Positions 47,165-57,583 of a stretch of 64,000 nt of DNA are shown here, in pieces. Below the pieces are notes generated by a model that searched no databases, was not told where the DNA came from, and was given only the letters and a program-made list of their open reading frames with translations. Within the stretch, counting starts at the first letter, position 1, and the number at the start of each line of letters is the position of its first letter. Source of the DNA: Gordonia sp. (in: high G+C Gram-positive bacteria) (GTDB lineage: Bacteria; Actinomycetota; Actinomycetes; Mycobacteriales; Mycobacteriaceae); assembly GCA_047605365.1 (NCBI GenBank), contig JASGFV010000001.1:24849-88848 (forward strand), read 5' to 3'. Position numbers and translations under genes: made by a program.

Positions 47165-48802
47165 GTGACTATGAGATCGTGGACCGCCCGGGGGCAGCTT
47201 GCGCTGCTTTCGATCGTCGCGTGCGCCGTTGCGCTGGCGGGATGCGGCAGCGACCAGGACACCGCCGCGACACAGGCGGCCCGCGCCTTCGCGGCGTCGA
47301 TGGCCAAGCAGGACACCGACGGCACCGCCGCATTGACCACCTCCCCGTCGCAGGCCGCCGAATCGCTCGGCGCGACCTTCGCGAGCATGCACGCCAAGAC
47401 GGTCAGCACGTCGATCTCCGACACCGTCGAATACAGCGACGGCACGGCGTCGTTCCGGCTCACCAGCACCTGGAAGTGGTCGGACGACCGGTCCTTCGAG
47501 GCCAAGACGACCGGCAACGTTCGGAAACTGTCGACCGGCTGGAAGGTCCAGTGGGATCCGGGGCTGCTCTACGCCGGCCTGCCGATCGGCGGAAACCTGC
47601 AGATGATCCGGACCGACGCCACGCCGGCTCCGATCGTGCGCAGCACGTCGGGCAAGCCGTTCATGCAGATGGTGCCGGTGTACCAGATCAACATCAACCC
47701 GGCCGCGACCCGCAATCTGCAGAGGTCGGTCAAGCTGCTCGCCGCGTCGATCAAGCCGATCGCACCGCTGGTCACGGCGAAGGTCATCAACGACAAGCTG
47801 GTCGCCGCGCAAGGCCAGGAGGTGACCGCGGTCGCGCTGCGCGCCGAAGACATGAAGGTGCTGGCCTCCGACCCCGCGCGCATCGCGGGCGTCACCGTGC
47901 TGAAGTCCGGAATGCTGGTCATGACCGACCGCCGGATGTCGACGCCGCTCGCGTCCGGGCTCACCAACTATTGGCAGGCGATCCGCGACGCCACCGCGGG
48001 CTGGCAGGTGCAGATGGTCGGCCCGGGCATCGCGCCCCGCGAGCTGGCCGGTGAGCAGGGTGGACCCGGCCCGGACGTACGGACCTCGGTCAACCAGGGC
48101 GAACAGCTCACACTGGGCGACGCCGTGGTGGAGGTGGCGCAGCCGGCGACGATCATGACGCTCGACGCCGCTTCCGGCGGCATCCTGGCGATGGCGCAGA
48201 ACCCGGCCGCCGCGCAGAATCAAACGTCCGGCGACGTCGCCTACCCCGTCGGGAACACCCTGGACCCGGTGTTCAGCGCGGTCGACGGCGCGTCGAAGGG
48301 CGACGAGAAGGCGGCGAACGACATGCTCAACGACTTCGGGCTCGGCGTCACCTTCACCGTTCCGGGTGTCTCGATGCCGCGGTCGCCCTCGGTGAGCGTC
48401 TCGACGGCGGCGTTCAACCCGAAGAACTTCACCGCGTCGATGCTGAACATGGGCGCGCTCGGCGTCGCCCTGGCCCGATCGGTCGGCGGCGCCGGGCAGT
48501 CGGTCGCGCCGTTCGTCATCAAGGGCGCGCCGTCGAAGGTGTCGGGCGGCGAACTCGGCAAGATGGATCCCGCGGTGGCGCGACAGATCACCGCGGCGAT
48601 GGCCAAGATCGCCAAGTCCGGCGACGCCAGCGACCTCACCGGAGCGCCGGGTCTGCGCGCCCTGGTCGGCACCAACGGGCCGCAGGGCCCGGGCTGGTTC
48701 GTCGGCCTCCAGGGCGGCAAGGTGGTCGTCGTCTACTGCGAGGGCGACAAGTCCGGTACTGCCGCCCTGCAGGTGGCGCAGAAGTACTTCCGGATCAAGT
48801 AG
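47165..48802 (+). CDS. MecA_N (NTF2-like)/PBP-fold lipoprotein lacking transpeptidase catalytic motifs
   Basis: Lipobox LAGC; WKVQWDP; GGILAMAQN; YPVGNTLD in place of YPPGSTFK; LVGTNG..PGWFVG in place of KTGT...WFVG. Confidence 0.7.
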   Translation: MTMRSWTARGQLALLSIVACAVALAGCGSDQDTAATQAARAFAASMAKQDTDGTAALTTSPSQAAESLGATFASMHAKTVSTSISDTVEYSDGTASFRLTSTWKWSDDRSFEAKTTGNVRKLSTGWKVQWDPGLLYAGLPIGGNLQMIRTDATPAPIVRSTSGKPFMQMVPVYQININPAATRNLQRSVKLLAASIKPIAPLVTAKVINDKLVAAQGQEVTAVALRAEDMKVLASDPARIAGVTVLKSGMLVMTDRRMSTPLASGLTNYWQAIRDATAGWQVQMVGPGIAPRELAGEQGGPGPDVRTSVNQGEQLTLGDAVVEVAQPATIMTLDAASGGILAMAQNPAAAQNQTSGDVAYPVGNTLDPVFSAVDGASKGDEKAANDMLNDFGLGVTFTVPGVSMPRSPSVSVSTAAFNPKNFTASMLNMGALGVALARSVGGAGQSVAPFVIKGAPSKVSGGELGKMDPAVARQITAAMAKIAKSGDASDLTGAPGLRALVGTNGPQGPGWFVGLQGGKVVVVYCEGDKSGTAALQVAQKYFRIK

Positions 48803-48815
48803 CGCCCCGCCAAAA

Positions 48816-48838
48816 CCCTTCGACAAGCTTCGGGGGCG
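48816..48838. repeat. Degenerate actinobacterial REP-like sequence
   Basis: cccttcgacaagcttcgggggcg resembles the tcgacgagctcagggagcg / ctgagctttgtcgaag pair at 59954-60002. Confidence 0.4.
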
Positions 48839-48877
48839 GGGAGACGAGCCCGCGAGGAACGAGGGACGCGGCGAGAT

Positions 48878-49276
48878 TCAACGCCCCCGCAGCACCAGTG
48901 CGGCGACGGCGCGCCAGCTCAGCAGGAAGACGCCGGTCGCGATCGACGCGACGACGCAGAACGACACCGCGGTGCCCTGACCGGAGATCACTCGCAAGAT
49001 CATGCCGATCACGACGGTCGACGGCCAGACGATGACGCCCGCGGGAACCAGGCGACCCGGCTCGAAGTCGTGGTCGCGCGAGATGATGTAGGAGACGGCC
49101 CAGCCGATGGCCGCACCCGTCAGGAACGGCCACAGGGTGTTGGCGAAGCCGGCGGGTGAGAACGCCTCGTCGTGGCTGGAACGGCCGATCGCGACGAAGA
49201 CGATCAGGGCCACCAGGTCGAGGACGGCGGCCAGCGGGACGGCGACACGAGCGCGCCGACTCTGGGTGGTGCTCAT
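48878..49276 (-). CDS. DUF3054 membrane protein
   Basis: DLV...VFVAIGRSSH, TLWPFL.G, MILR, FLLSWR. Confidence 0.8.
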   Translation of the reverse strand: MSTTQSRRARVAVPLAAVLDLVALIVFVAIGRSSHDEAFSPAGFANTLWPFLTGAAIGWAVSYIISRDHDFEPGRLVPAGVIVWPSTVVIGMILRVISGQGTAVSFCVVASIATGVFLLSWRAVAALVLRGR

Positions 49277-49280
49277 AGGC

Positions 49281-50462
49281 CTACGGTATCGCTCGGCCGT
49301 CGTCGCCGTTCCTTCCGGCCTCGTCCTTCTCCGGTTCGCCACCGGGCGGCGACGCGATCTGCTCTTCCTCGCGCAGCATCTCCTCCTCGAGGCTGGTGCG
49401 GGTGCGCAATTCTGAGCGGTAACGCAGCGCGATCACGACCCACCCGACCGCGGTGACCAGCAGGAAGCTGATGATGCGGTAGATGACGACGGAGGTCAGG
49501 GCGTCGGAGTTGACCATGCCGGCCGAGGTGAGGGCCGATACGAGCACCACGTCGACCACTCCGAGACCACCCGGGAGCAGCGGGATCGCGGTGCCGACGG
49601 CCTTGCCCGCGGCGTAGGCGACCATGAGCGCCGAGATACTCGGATGCGAGCCGATCGCCCAGCAGGCGAAGCCGAGGCAGGCGACGTCGGCGACCCAGTT
49701 GAACAGGCTCCACCCGAAGGCGATCGACGCGTCCTTGCGGTTCAGGTGCACCGCGCGCAGCTGCGTCAGGGTCCGGTTCAGGGCGTCGACGCTGGTGTCT
49801 GCGGGCTTGTCGCGGAGCTTGTTGACCCAGCCCAGAACGCGGGCGCCGATGCCTTCGATGGATTCCGGGTGCGCCGCCAGATACTGGGCGATCACCACGA
49901 AGACGACGAAGCCTGCAACGCTGAACAGCACCGAGAACGGGTTGGTCTTGGCTCCGGCGAGTAGTGCGCCGCCCAGGCCGAGGATGGCCAGGCCCGCGCC
50001 GGCCAGCAGTCCGGACATCACCAGCTGCCACGAGGCGACGACCGGGCTGGCGCCCCACTTGCGGCTCTCGCGGTAGATGAACGCCGGAGCGATCACCTGG
50101 CCGCCGGGCATGGTCTGGGAGAACGAGTTCGACGCGAGGATCACCGCGAGCGACTCCTGCTGCTTCACGCGCACCCCGGCCGAGCGCATCAGTGCGCGCT
50201 GGACCTGCGCGTAGCTGTCCATCGACAACATCGCGCAGACGACGGCCGCGACCACCCAGCCCCAATACAGATCGTCGATCCGGCGGCCGGCCTGCTCGAC
50301 GTTAGGCCAGAAATAAACCAGTTCGGCGGTGAGCATGGCGATCACCACGAGGATCAGAATCCACCGCAGCCACCGCCGCCACGCCTTCGGCTTCTTCGGT
50401 TGAGGGTGGTCCGATGACAGTGTGGCCGCCGCTTCGGGCCGCTCAAGCTCGTCACCAGGCAT
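49281..50462 (-). CDS. Lysylphosphatidylglycerol-synthase TM/YbhN family protein (Rv0204c-like)
   Basis: SQTMPGGQV, WSLFNWVADVACL, PGGLGVVD, YRIISF; position downstream of mmpL3. Confidence 0.8.
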   Translation of the reverse strand: MPGDELERPEAAATLSSDHPQPKKPKAWRRWLRWILILVVIAMLTAELVYFWPNVEQAGRRIDDLYWGWVVAAVVCAMLSMDSYAQVQRALMRSAGVRVKQQESLAVILASNSFSQTMPGGQVIAPAFIYRESRKWGASPVVASWQLVMSGLLAGAGLAILGLGGALLAGAKTNPFSVLFSVAGFVVFVVIAQYLAAHPESIEGIGARVLGWVNKLRDKPADTSVDALNRTLTQLRAVHLNRKDASIAFGWSLFNWVADVACLGFACWAIGSHPSISALMVAYAAGKAVGTAIPLLPGGLGVVDVVLVSALTSAGMVNSDALTSVVIYRIISFLLVTAVGWVVIALRYRSELRTRTSLEEEMLREEEQIASPPGGEPEKDEAGRNGDDGRAIP

Positions 50463-50525
50463 GCGGTCCAGCGTAGGCCATCAATAGCCGAACCTTAACC
50501 CGGTGTCGATCGTCCGGCGGCCCGC

Positions 50526-53500
50526 TCAGTCGTCAGACTGCTGGCTGCGACTGCGTCGGAGCAGGTCCTGGACGCTGATCTGCTGGCTCTCCGAGGTGCG
50601 AGCCTGACGCGACTTGCGGGGCGACGCTGATCGCCCCGGCTTGCCGTTCGCCGACTCGGTGTCCGGCCGTGCGGGGCCGACCTGGGCGGTCGGATCGGGC
50701 GACGCCGCGAGCGGACGACGGCCCGGCTCGTCGAGGTTGGGCTGACGCGTGAGTGGCGAGTGTCCCAGCGGTACCGACGGGGCCGACGTCGCGCGCCGCG
50801 GCGGCGCGGCGGGCGGCTGGACCGGCTGCTGCGCCGCCGGAGCCTGCGGGGCGGGACCCTGCTGAACCGGCTGCTGCTGGACGGGAGGCTGCTGCTGCGC
50901 CGGACCGCGACGAGGCGCGACGGGACCCTGCTGGGCCGGACCGGGCCGCTGGCCGGGTGCAACCGGTCGCGGCCCCTGCGGCCCCTGCGGGCGCGGACCG
51001 TTTGCGCCCGGACCTCCGGGCTGAGCCACCGGCATCGCGGGGTTCGAGCCGTTCGGCCGCAGAACGGCCGGGTTCGACACCGCAGGGTTCGACACCGTCG
51101 GATTCGACGCCGCGGGATTCCCGGTGCCGCGGATGACTCCGCCCGGGCCCAGTCTCCACGAGCCGGTGTCCGGCCCGCTCTGCTCCCGGGCGCGGCGCTC
51201 GGCGGCCACCGCGGCGGCGTCCGGAGCGTCGATCAGATCGTTCAGATGTCCCTCGGGCGTGCGCTGCGGCGGACGACCGGCCGGGGTGCGGACCGGCGGG
51301 GCTGCGGCCGGTGCAGCCGGAACCGGGCCGGAATCGGGCGACGCGGTGTTCAGCGGTCCGGAGTCGGCGTCGCATACGTCGATCGGACCGGATGCGATGG
51401 GGCCGGAGTCGATCGGGCCCGAGTCGGGTGCGTCGTCGTTCGTGCGGCGACCGCGCTTGGCCGGCTTCCGGAGACGCTGCGGCTCGGCGTTGCCGGCTTT
51501 GGCGCGCCCGGTACGCGGCGCCTGTGCCTTCATCAGGGCGGTGTCCGCCTCGGCGACGGCGACCACACCGCCGGCGCTGACCGTGCCGGCGGCCACCACG
51601 GGGGTCACCTTGTCGGCCGGGTTGTCGTGCAGGATGGTCTCGCCCAGGCCGATCTTCTGCTGCAGCTTCAGCATCCAGGCCGGGGCCCACCAGCAGTCGT
51701 CGCCGAGCAGTTTCATGACCGACGGCACCAACAGCATGCGGATGACGGTGGCGTCCAGGATCAGCGCGGCGATCATGCCGAACGCGATGTACTTCATCAT
51801 CACGATCTCGGACAGACCGAACGCACCGGTCACGACCACGAGAATCGCCGCGGCCGCGGTGATCAGGCGACCGGTGTGCGCGGTACCGGTCCGGACCGCT
51901 TCGGTGGTCGACGCGCCTTGCTGTCGTGCTTCGACCATTCGGGACAGCAGGAAAATCTCGTAGTCCGTACTCAAGCCGTAGACGATCGCGATGACCAGCA
52001 CCAGCATCGGCGCGAACAGTGGGCCGGGCGTGAAGTTGGCGATCGACGAGCCGTGTCCGTCGATGAAGATCCAGGTCAGGATGCCCAGCGTGGAGCCGAG
52101 GCCGAGCGCCGACATCAGCGCCGCCTTGATCGGCAGGATCACCGAGCCGAACGCCAGAAACATCAGCAGACCGGTCACCAGCACCAGCAGGATCGCCATC
52201 CAGGGGAGGCGGACCATCAGGGCGTCGATCGAGTCCTGCGTCAGCGCGGGCATGCCGGCGACGTAGATCTTCATGCCCTGCGGGTCGATCGCGCGGAGCT
52301 GTTCGATGGCCTCACCGGCGGTGTTGCGGTCCACCAGGCCGGCCGACATCTGGGTCAGGATCAAGCCGTTCTCGTCGGACCCGAGGATGCCGTCCAGGGC
52401 GCCGTCCTCGGCGCGCGGCGAGAACTCCTTGGTGAACCCGGGGATCTTGTTGGCCTCGTCGGCGATCTTCTGGATCTTGTCGGCGGCGTACTCGTCGTCC
52501 TGATTGGAGAGGATGATCAGCTTGAGCTCTTCGGTGCGTTCGGCCGGGAAGTACTTGTCGAAGCTCTCCTGGGCCTGGCGACTGGTGTTGTCCGGCGGCA
52601 GGTACTTCTCGCTGATGCCGCCGAAGGCGATGTTGCCGAACGGGATGATCAGGGCCAGCAGCAGCAGGACGGTCGGGATCGCGGTCTTCAGCGGGTGCTG
52701 CATGACCCAGCCGGACAGCTTGCCCCAGAAACCGTTCTCGATCTCTTCGCGGGTGCGCGTGCGGTTCAGGAACGGCACGCTCAGGGCGTCGATCCTCTTG
52801 CCCAGGATCGCCAGGATCGCCGGCAGCACGGTGATCGACAGGATCGCGGCGAGGAGCACCGAGAAGATCGCGCCGTAGGCGACCGACTTCAGGAACGACT
52901 GCGGGAACATCAGCAGGCAGGCGAGTGCGGCGATGATGATGGTCGCCGAGAAGGCGATCGTCTGCCCGGAGGTCATCACGGCTCTTCGGACCGCGGCCTC
53001 GACGGTATAGCCCTCGGCCAGTTCTTCTCGATATCTCGAGACCATGAACAGGCCGTAGTCGATCGCGATGCCCAGTCCGATCAGCGTCACCACCGACTGG
53101 GCGAAGATGTTCAGCTCGGTGACCTGCGCCAATATCTTCATGATGCCCAGCGACCCGGCGATCGTCAGACCGCCGATGAAGACCGGGAGGACGGCGGCCA
53201 CCACGCCGCCGAAGACGAACAAGAGCATGAGAGCGACCACCGGCAGCGCGATCACCTCGGCGCGATGGATGTCCTGCTCCATGCCGAGACTCATGGCCCC
53301 GGCCACGGGTTGCAGGCCGGCGAGCTGGAATTCGGTGCCCGGCAGGTCGTATTTGCCTGCCAGGTCGTCGAAGAAGGGGGCTACTTCTTTGTAGTTCGCG
53401 AGGATCGACGTGTCGTCGTTGCCTCTGACGCCGATCGAGATGAATCCGTGTTTGAGGTCTTTCGTGAACATCCGGTCACGTTTGACCTTTTGAGCTGCGG

Positions 53501-53888
53501 GATTGTCGTTGGCGAAGGGGTCGATGAGACCGGCGTGGACGGTGTCGCTCGGATCGGTGGGACTGTCCCGGCTGATGATGTTCGGGTGCGCCTTGATCAG
53601 GTCGTCGACGATCGTCTCGATCTTCTTTCCGAAGGCGGGATCGTCGACCTTGGTGCCGGCGGGCGGCGTGATCAGCAGGATGATGTCGGACTTGTGGTCG
53701 CGACCCAGCGCGGTGTCGGCGTACTCGGAACCTCTGACCGACTCTGACGACGGATCGAACCAGCCGCTCTGCGACAGGTACTTCGGCAGGTCCAAGCCGT
53801 ACAGGCCGAGTCCACCCATGAGGGCGACCAGCACCGCGATGACGGTGTAGCGCATTCGGTAGACGAATGTGCCGATGGATCCGAACAC
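50526..53888 (-). CDS. mmpL3: Trehalose monomycolate transporter MmpL3
   Basis: SQSGWFDP.SES, GLGIAIDYGLFMVSRYREE, GGISEKYLPPDN, GLSTDYEIFLLSRMVEAR, KLLGDDCWWAP, long Pro/Gln tail ending ISVQDLLRR; synteny. Confidence 0.9.
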   Translation of the reverse strand: MFGSIGTFVYRMRYTVIAVLVALMGGLGLYGLDLPKYLSQSGWFDPSSESVRGSEYADTALGRDHKSDIILLITPPAGTKVDDPAFGKKIETIVDDLIKAHPNIISRDSPTDPSDTVHAGLIDPFANDNPAAQKVKRDRMFTKDLKHGFISIGVRGNDDTSILANYKEVAPFFDDLAGKYDLPGTEFQLAGLQPVAGAMSLGMEQDIHRAEVIALPVVALMLLFVFGGVVAAVLPVFIGGLTIAGSLGIMKILAQVTELNIFAQSVVTLIGLGIAIDYGLFMVSRYREELAEGYTVEAAVRRAVMTSGQTIAFSATIIIAALACLLMFPQSFLKSVAYGAIFSVLLAAILSITVLPAILAILGKRIDALSVPFLNRTRTREEIENGFWGKLSGWVMQHPLKTAIPTVLLLLALIIPFGNIAFGGISEKYLPPDNTSRQAQESFDKYFPAERTEELKLIILSNQDDEYAADKIQKIADEANKIPGFTKEFSPRAEDGALDGILGSDENGLILTQMSAGLVDRNTAGEAIEQLRAIDPQGMKIYVAGMPALTQDSIDALMVRLPWMAILLVLVTGLLMFLAFGSVILPIKAALMSALGLGSTLGILTWIFIDGHGSSIANFTPGPLFAPMLVLVIAIVYGLSTDYEIFLLSRMVEARQQGASTTEAVRTGTAHTGRLITAAAAILVVVTGAFGLSEIVMMKYIAFGMIAALILDATVIRMLLVPSVMKLLGDDCWWAPAWMLKLQQKIGLGETILHDNPADKVTPVVAAGTVSAGGVVAVAEADTALMKAQAPRTGRAKAGNAEPQRLRKPAKRGRRTNDDAPDSGPIDSGPIASGPIDVCDADSGPLNTASPDSGPVPAAPAAAPPVRTPAGRPPQRTPEGHLNDLIDAPDAAAVAAERRAREQSGPDTGSWRLGPGGVIRGTGNPAASNPTVSNPAVSNPAVLRPNGSNPAMPVAQPGGPGANGPRPQGPQGPRPVAPGQRPGPAQQGPVAPRRGPAQQQPPVQQQPVQQGPAPQAPAAQQPVQPPAAPPRRATSAPSVPLGHSPLTRQPNLDEPGRRPLAASPDPTAQVGPARPDTESANGKPGRSASPRKSRQARTSESQQISVQDLLRRSRSQQSDD

Positions 53889-54101
53889 GCCGGTCCTTCC
53901 TTCCTGCGGACGCTCGACAGAGGGATTCTCTCAACACGTGCTGAGAGAACACAGCAATTGTCCGCCTGAGCCAGGTTAGCGGGTCCTCTTCTCGGCCCGC
54001 GCACGCCGCGTGCCCGGCAGGCGGCGTGCGGCTGGGCGTCCGCGGCAGATCGTCGCAGTTCACGCGGGCGCGAGGCGGGCCGTCGAGCGGTCCCGCGGGG
54101 G

Positions 54102-54758
54102 CTACCGCAGGAGTGCCTGCAGCGGCCGGAACGGGGTGAGCCAGGCGCCTTCGTCGGGCAGCGAGTCGAGGCTGATGCGCGGCAGCGGCTCCCGGAAGAC
54201 GCCCGGAATGTCCTCCAGGTCGACGAATTCGAGGTCGTCGGCGGTCAGCGCCCAGCTGGCGTGCTCGCGGAATCCGATCACCGTGACCGGTACGCCTTCG
54301 GCGGCGATCTCGCCGAGCGGCTCGCGGAACGCCTGACCGTCGGCGGAGGCGACGACGACTCCGGCCAGGCCGGTGGTGTGCCGGCGGAGCTCGATGTGGT
54401 CGAGCATGTCGGAGTCGACGTCGCTGTCTTCGGTCAGTTTGGGCTTGGCGAAGACCGAATAGCCGACGTTGCGGAGCGCTTCGACCCACGGCCGCACCAC
54501 GTCGGCGCTGCCCGGCACGATGTTGGTGAACACCGTCGCCTCGGGTTCGACTGCGGCGTCCGTGCCTGCGTCGATGTGGGCGGTGCGCTGCAGCAGCCAG
54601 CGGCCGAGAGCGTCGAATCGGGGTCGGTGGGCGGCCGTCGGGCGGCCGCCGAGGATGCCGCCCAGGCCCATGTCCATGTTGGGGGCGTCCCATACGAGAA
54701 GGACGCGCTCGGCGGGCGCGGTGCCGGAGACGGAAGTGCTGAAATCAGCTGGCGTCAT
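54102..54758 (-). CDS. NYN domain protein (Rv0207c-like)
   Basis: [45 protein letters not shown]. Confidence 0.85.
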   Translation of the reverse strand: MTPADFSTSVSGTAPAERVLLVWDAPNMDMGLGGILGGRPTAAHRPRFDALGRWLLQRTAHIDAGTDAAVEPEATVFTNIVPGSADVVRPWVEALRNVGYSVFAKPKLTEDSDVDSDMLDHIELRRHTTGLAGVVVASADGQAFREPLGEIAAEGVPVTVIGFREHASWALTADDLEFVDLEDIPGVFREPLPRISLDSLPDEGAWLTPFRPLQALLR

Positions 54759-55548
54759 GTTCCTTGCTTTCTGGTCGTTCCGCCGAGGATGCCCGGTCCC
54801 GGGGCTTCACGTAGACGAATTCGTTGACTTCGCGGCCCTCGACCTGTGCGCGGCCCTCGAACTTCGTGGTGGGCCGCTCCAGCAGGATCGGCGAGTCGAA
54901 GGTCAGAGGCACCACGTGCGGCCGGTCGGCGCGCTGGGTGGCGAGCAGTTCGGCGATCCACTCGGCGTAGTCGGCGTGGTCGGTGGCGATGTGCAGCACG
55001 CCGCCGGGCATCAGCCGGTCAGCGATCAGTTCGATGGTCCCGGACTGCAGGAACCGCCGCTTGTGGTGGCGTGATTTGGGCCAGGGGTCCGGGAAGAACA
55101 CGCGGACGCCGGTCAGGCTGTTCGGCTCGACGAGTTCGGTGAGCACGACGGTCGCGTCGCCGCGAACCATCCGCACGTTGGTCAGCCCGCCGCGGTCCAC
55201 CAGGCCCAGCAGCTGGGCCAGGCCCGGCTGGTACACCTCGACGGCGACGACGTCGGCGTCCGACTCCTCGGCGGCCATGGCGGCCGTCGAGACGCCGGTG
55301 CCGCTGCCGACCTCGATGATCAGCGGGGCCTTCCGGCCGAACCAGGTCTCGGCGTCGAGCGGCGGCTCCTCGACGCGGTCGGGTCCGGTCCGCAGGTCGC
55401 GGCCGACGGTGGGCCACAGCGTCTCCCAGTTGCGCTTCTGCCCGGTGGTCAGCGTTCCGCGTCGGAACCGAAAGCTGGTCACCCGCGGATACAGGCGCGA
55501 GCGGTCGTCGCCGGCGGCGTCCGAATGGGGGTTGGCGTCGGTGTTCAC
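54745..55548 (-). CDS. trmB: tRNA (guanine-N7)-methyltransferase
   Basis: [39 protein letters not shown]; start uncertain. Confidence 0.92.
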   Translation of the reverse strand: MNTDANPHSDAAGDDRSRLYPRVTSFRFRRGTLTTGQKRNWETLWPTVGRDLRTGPDRVEEPPLDAETWFGRKAPLIIEVGSGTGVSTAAMAAEESDADVVAVEVYQPGLAQLLGLVDRGGLTNVRMVRGDATVVLTELVEPNSLTGVRVFFPDPWPKSRHHKRRFLQSGTIELIADRLMPGGVLHIATDHADYAEWIAELLATQRADRPHVVPLTFDSPILLERPTTKFEGRAQVEGREVNEFVYVKPRDRASSAERPESKEHDAS

Positions 55549-55649
55549 CCCACCATCGTCTCGCATCGGGGCGACGATTCTAAATCTCGGCACGCCCGAC
55601 GCCCCTGCTGAGCTAGCGTTTTGCCATCGACCTTGGGGGAGGTTCCGGC

Positions 55650-56384
55650 ATGGGGGATGTCATCGACGAGGTGCTCGGCGGAGCGTCGACCGCACTGAGC
55701 GTGGTGGTCAGCGGGTACGCGGGCACCGGTCGCGGGACGGTCGCGGCCGCGCTGACCGAACGCTTCGGACTGCGCGCGGAGCGAGCTGCTCCCGATGTTC
55801 CGGAGCCTGACCTGCGGGTTCGAGTGCTCGGCGCGACGGTGCGGGCCGTCGACCTCGACGCGGTGTCGTCGCCGGGGCCGCCGTGGCTGATCGTCTCCGG
55901 CAAAGCCGATCTGCGCGACGATCCGCGGCACGCCCGGCTGCTCGCCGACTCGGCTGCGGCCGAACTCGGCAGACCGGTGCATCCGGTGTCGGCTCTGCTG
56001 GCCCGGGCGACGGTGACCGCCGACGACTGGTCGGCGGTATGCCGCTGGGCGTCGTGCACGACGATGCCGATCCTCTCGTCGGCCTTCCTGGACGTCGACG
56101 ACGACGCCGAACGCACACGACGCCGAGGCGCCCTGCAGAAGTGGGGACCGGCCGGACTGCGCCTGGTGCTCGACGCGGCGCAGGCCGGCGACGATCCGCG
56201 GCTCGGTGAGCTCGCCACCAGTCTGCTGCGGGAGAGCAGCGGGTTCGGGGCGCTGGTGGAGCCGATTCGGGCTCTCGGTCCACAGGTCGCAGTGCAACGC
56301 GAGCGCGCCCGGTGCCGAACGCTGAATCTGCTGGCGGCGTCGGGCCGGGCCCGTGACCACGCCGAACTGGCGTTGCAGCGGTGA
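55650..56384 (+). CDS. Hypothetical protein (Rv0209 position) with degenerate dynamin/IniC-like GTPase motifs
   Basis: [14 protein letters not shown] (P-loop-like), VSGKAD (G4-like), PVSALLA, ESSGF..L. Confidence 0.6.
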   Translation: MGDVIDEVLGGASTALSVVVSGYAGTGRGTVAAALTERFGLRAERAAPDVPEPDLRVRVLGATVRAVDLDAVSSPGPPWLIVSGKADLRDDPRHARLLADSAAAELGRPVHPVSALLARATVTADDWSAVCRWASCTTMPILSSAFLDVDDDAERTRRRGALQKWGPAGLRLVLDAAQAGDDPRLGELATSLLRESSGFGALVEPIRALGPQVAVQRERARCRTLNLLAASGRARDHAELALQR

Positions 56385-57583
56385 GCGCGGAGGTGCTGGC
56401 CGGCGGTTCGCCGGCCGCCGACACCGAGGGCGTGATGCGGGTGCTGGGGCGGTGTGGCGTCGAGGCGGGGTCTTCGTCGCCCGTCGCGGCGCTGATGCTG
56501 CTGGACCTGACCTGCGGGATCGGGGTCGACGAGCAGCGCGCCCTCGCCGCGTTGCGTGATTGCGGGCTGCCGGTCGCGCTGGTGGGGACGCGGGTCGACG
56601 CACTCTGGGACTGGCCGCGACTGCTCGCGGAGGCCCGGCGGTCGCTGGACCCGGCGCGGCGGCTGCCGGTGTTCGCCGTGTCGTCGAGGATCGCCGACGA
56701 GGTCCCGGGCGACGACGGTCCGGTTCCCGAATCGGGGTTTCCGGCGCTCGCGCAGTGGTGCGCCGACCCCGGCGATCCGGTGCCGCACACGTCGTCGACG
56801 TCGGAGGACGTCCGCAGTGGGCGGTCTGAGAAGCACGATCCGCCCGTCGACCCACAGCGCGGCCGCGCCGAACGTCTGGCCGGAGCTCGCGCCGGATTCG
56901 CCGCCGCGCGCGCCGACCTCGCGACGCTGATCCGGACCGGGGCGCGTGAGCTGGCCGCGGCCGCGGACGGCGCCTGCGGTTCGGTGCGTGGCAGGGGCCG
57001 GGACGGCTACGTCGACTGGGTGAACCGTCAGGGTTCGGCGTACGTCGAGCGGGTGACCGCCTGCGCCGCCGAACACGTGCATCACGTGCAGGCCGCCGCG
57101 CTGCTCGGCCTCGGGAGAGCCGGCGCCGAGCAGCGGACCGGCGACGAGCCGCCGTGGACTCCGGTGCCGCCGCCGGCTGCGAAGGTCGGTGCGGAAGAAG
57201 CCGTGCTGTCGGTGCTGGGCGTCTCGGCCGGACTCGGCGTGGGACGGATGGCGGTCGCCCCGCTCGCCGACTGGGCCGGGCTGGGCGCGGGCGGCACACT
57301 GCTCGCAACGCTGACTGGGCTCGTCGTCGCCCTGGCTCTCGTCGGAGTCCGGCGGCAGACCGCACGACGAACAGCGCTGCGGAGGTGGGCGGGCGACGTC
57401 GTGGCGGCCCGTCGTGCCGCGGTCGAGAACGCCGTCGCGGCCAGGCTCGGCGCCGCCGAAGCGCAACTCAGCCGAGAAATATGGAACCGAACGGCGCTCC
57501 GGTGCGTCCAACCTTCTAGAGGCCGGAGCCCGGATCCGGCAGCAGGCACGAGTGAGGGGTCCACCGATGCACGAATGGCTTGA
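56381..57583 (+). CDS. Hypothetical membrane protein (Rv0210 position), IniA-like C-terminal half
   Basis: VALVGTRVD...W, PVFAVSSR, ESGFPAL, helical region, two adjacent TM helices (LGVSAGLGVGR...); GTGA coupling. Confidence 0.6.
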   Translation: MSAEVLAGGSPAADTEGVMRVLGRCGVEAGSSSPVAALMLLDLTCGIGVDEQRALAALRDCGLPVALVGTRVDALWDWPRLLAEARRSLDPARRLPVFAVSSRIADEVPGDDGPVPESGFPALAQWCADPGDPVPHTSSTSEDVRSGRSEKHDPPVDPQRGRAERLAGARAGFAAARADLATLIRTGARELAAAADGACGSVRGRGRDGYVDWVNRQGSAYVERVTACAAEHVHHVQAAALLGLGRAGAEQRTGDEPPWTPVPPPAAKVGAEEAVLSVLGVSAGLGVGRMAVAPLADWAGLGAGGTLLATLTGLVVALALVGVRRQTARRTALRRWAGDVVAARRAAVENAVAARLGAAEAQLSREIWNRTALRCVQPSRGRSPDPAAGTSEGSTDARMA

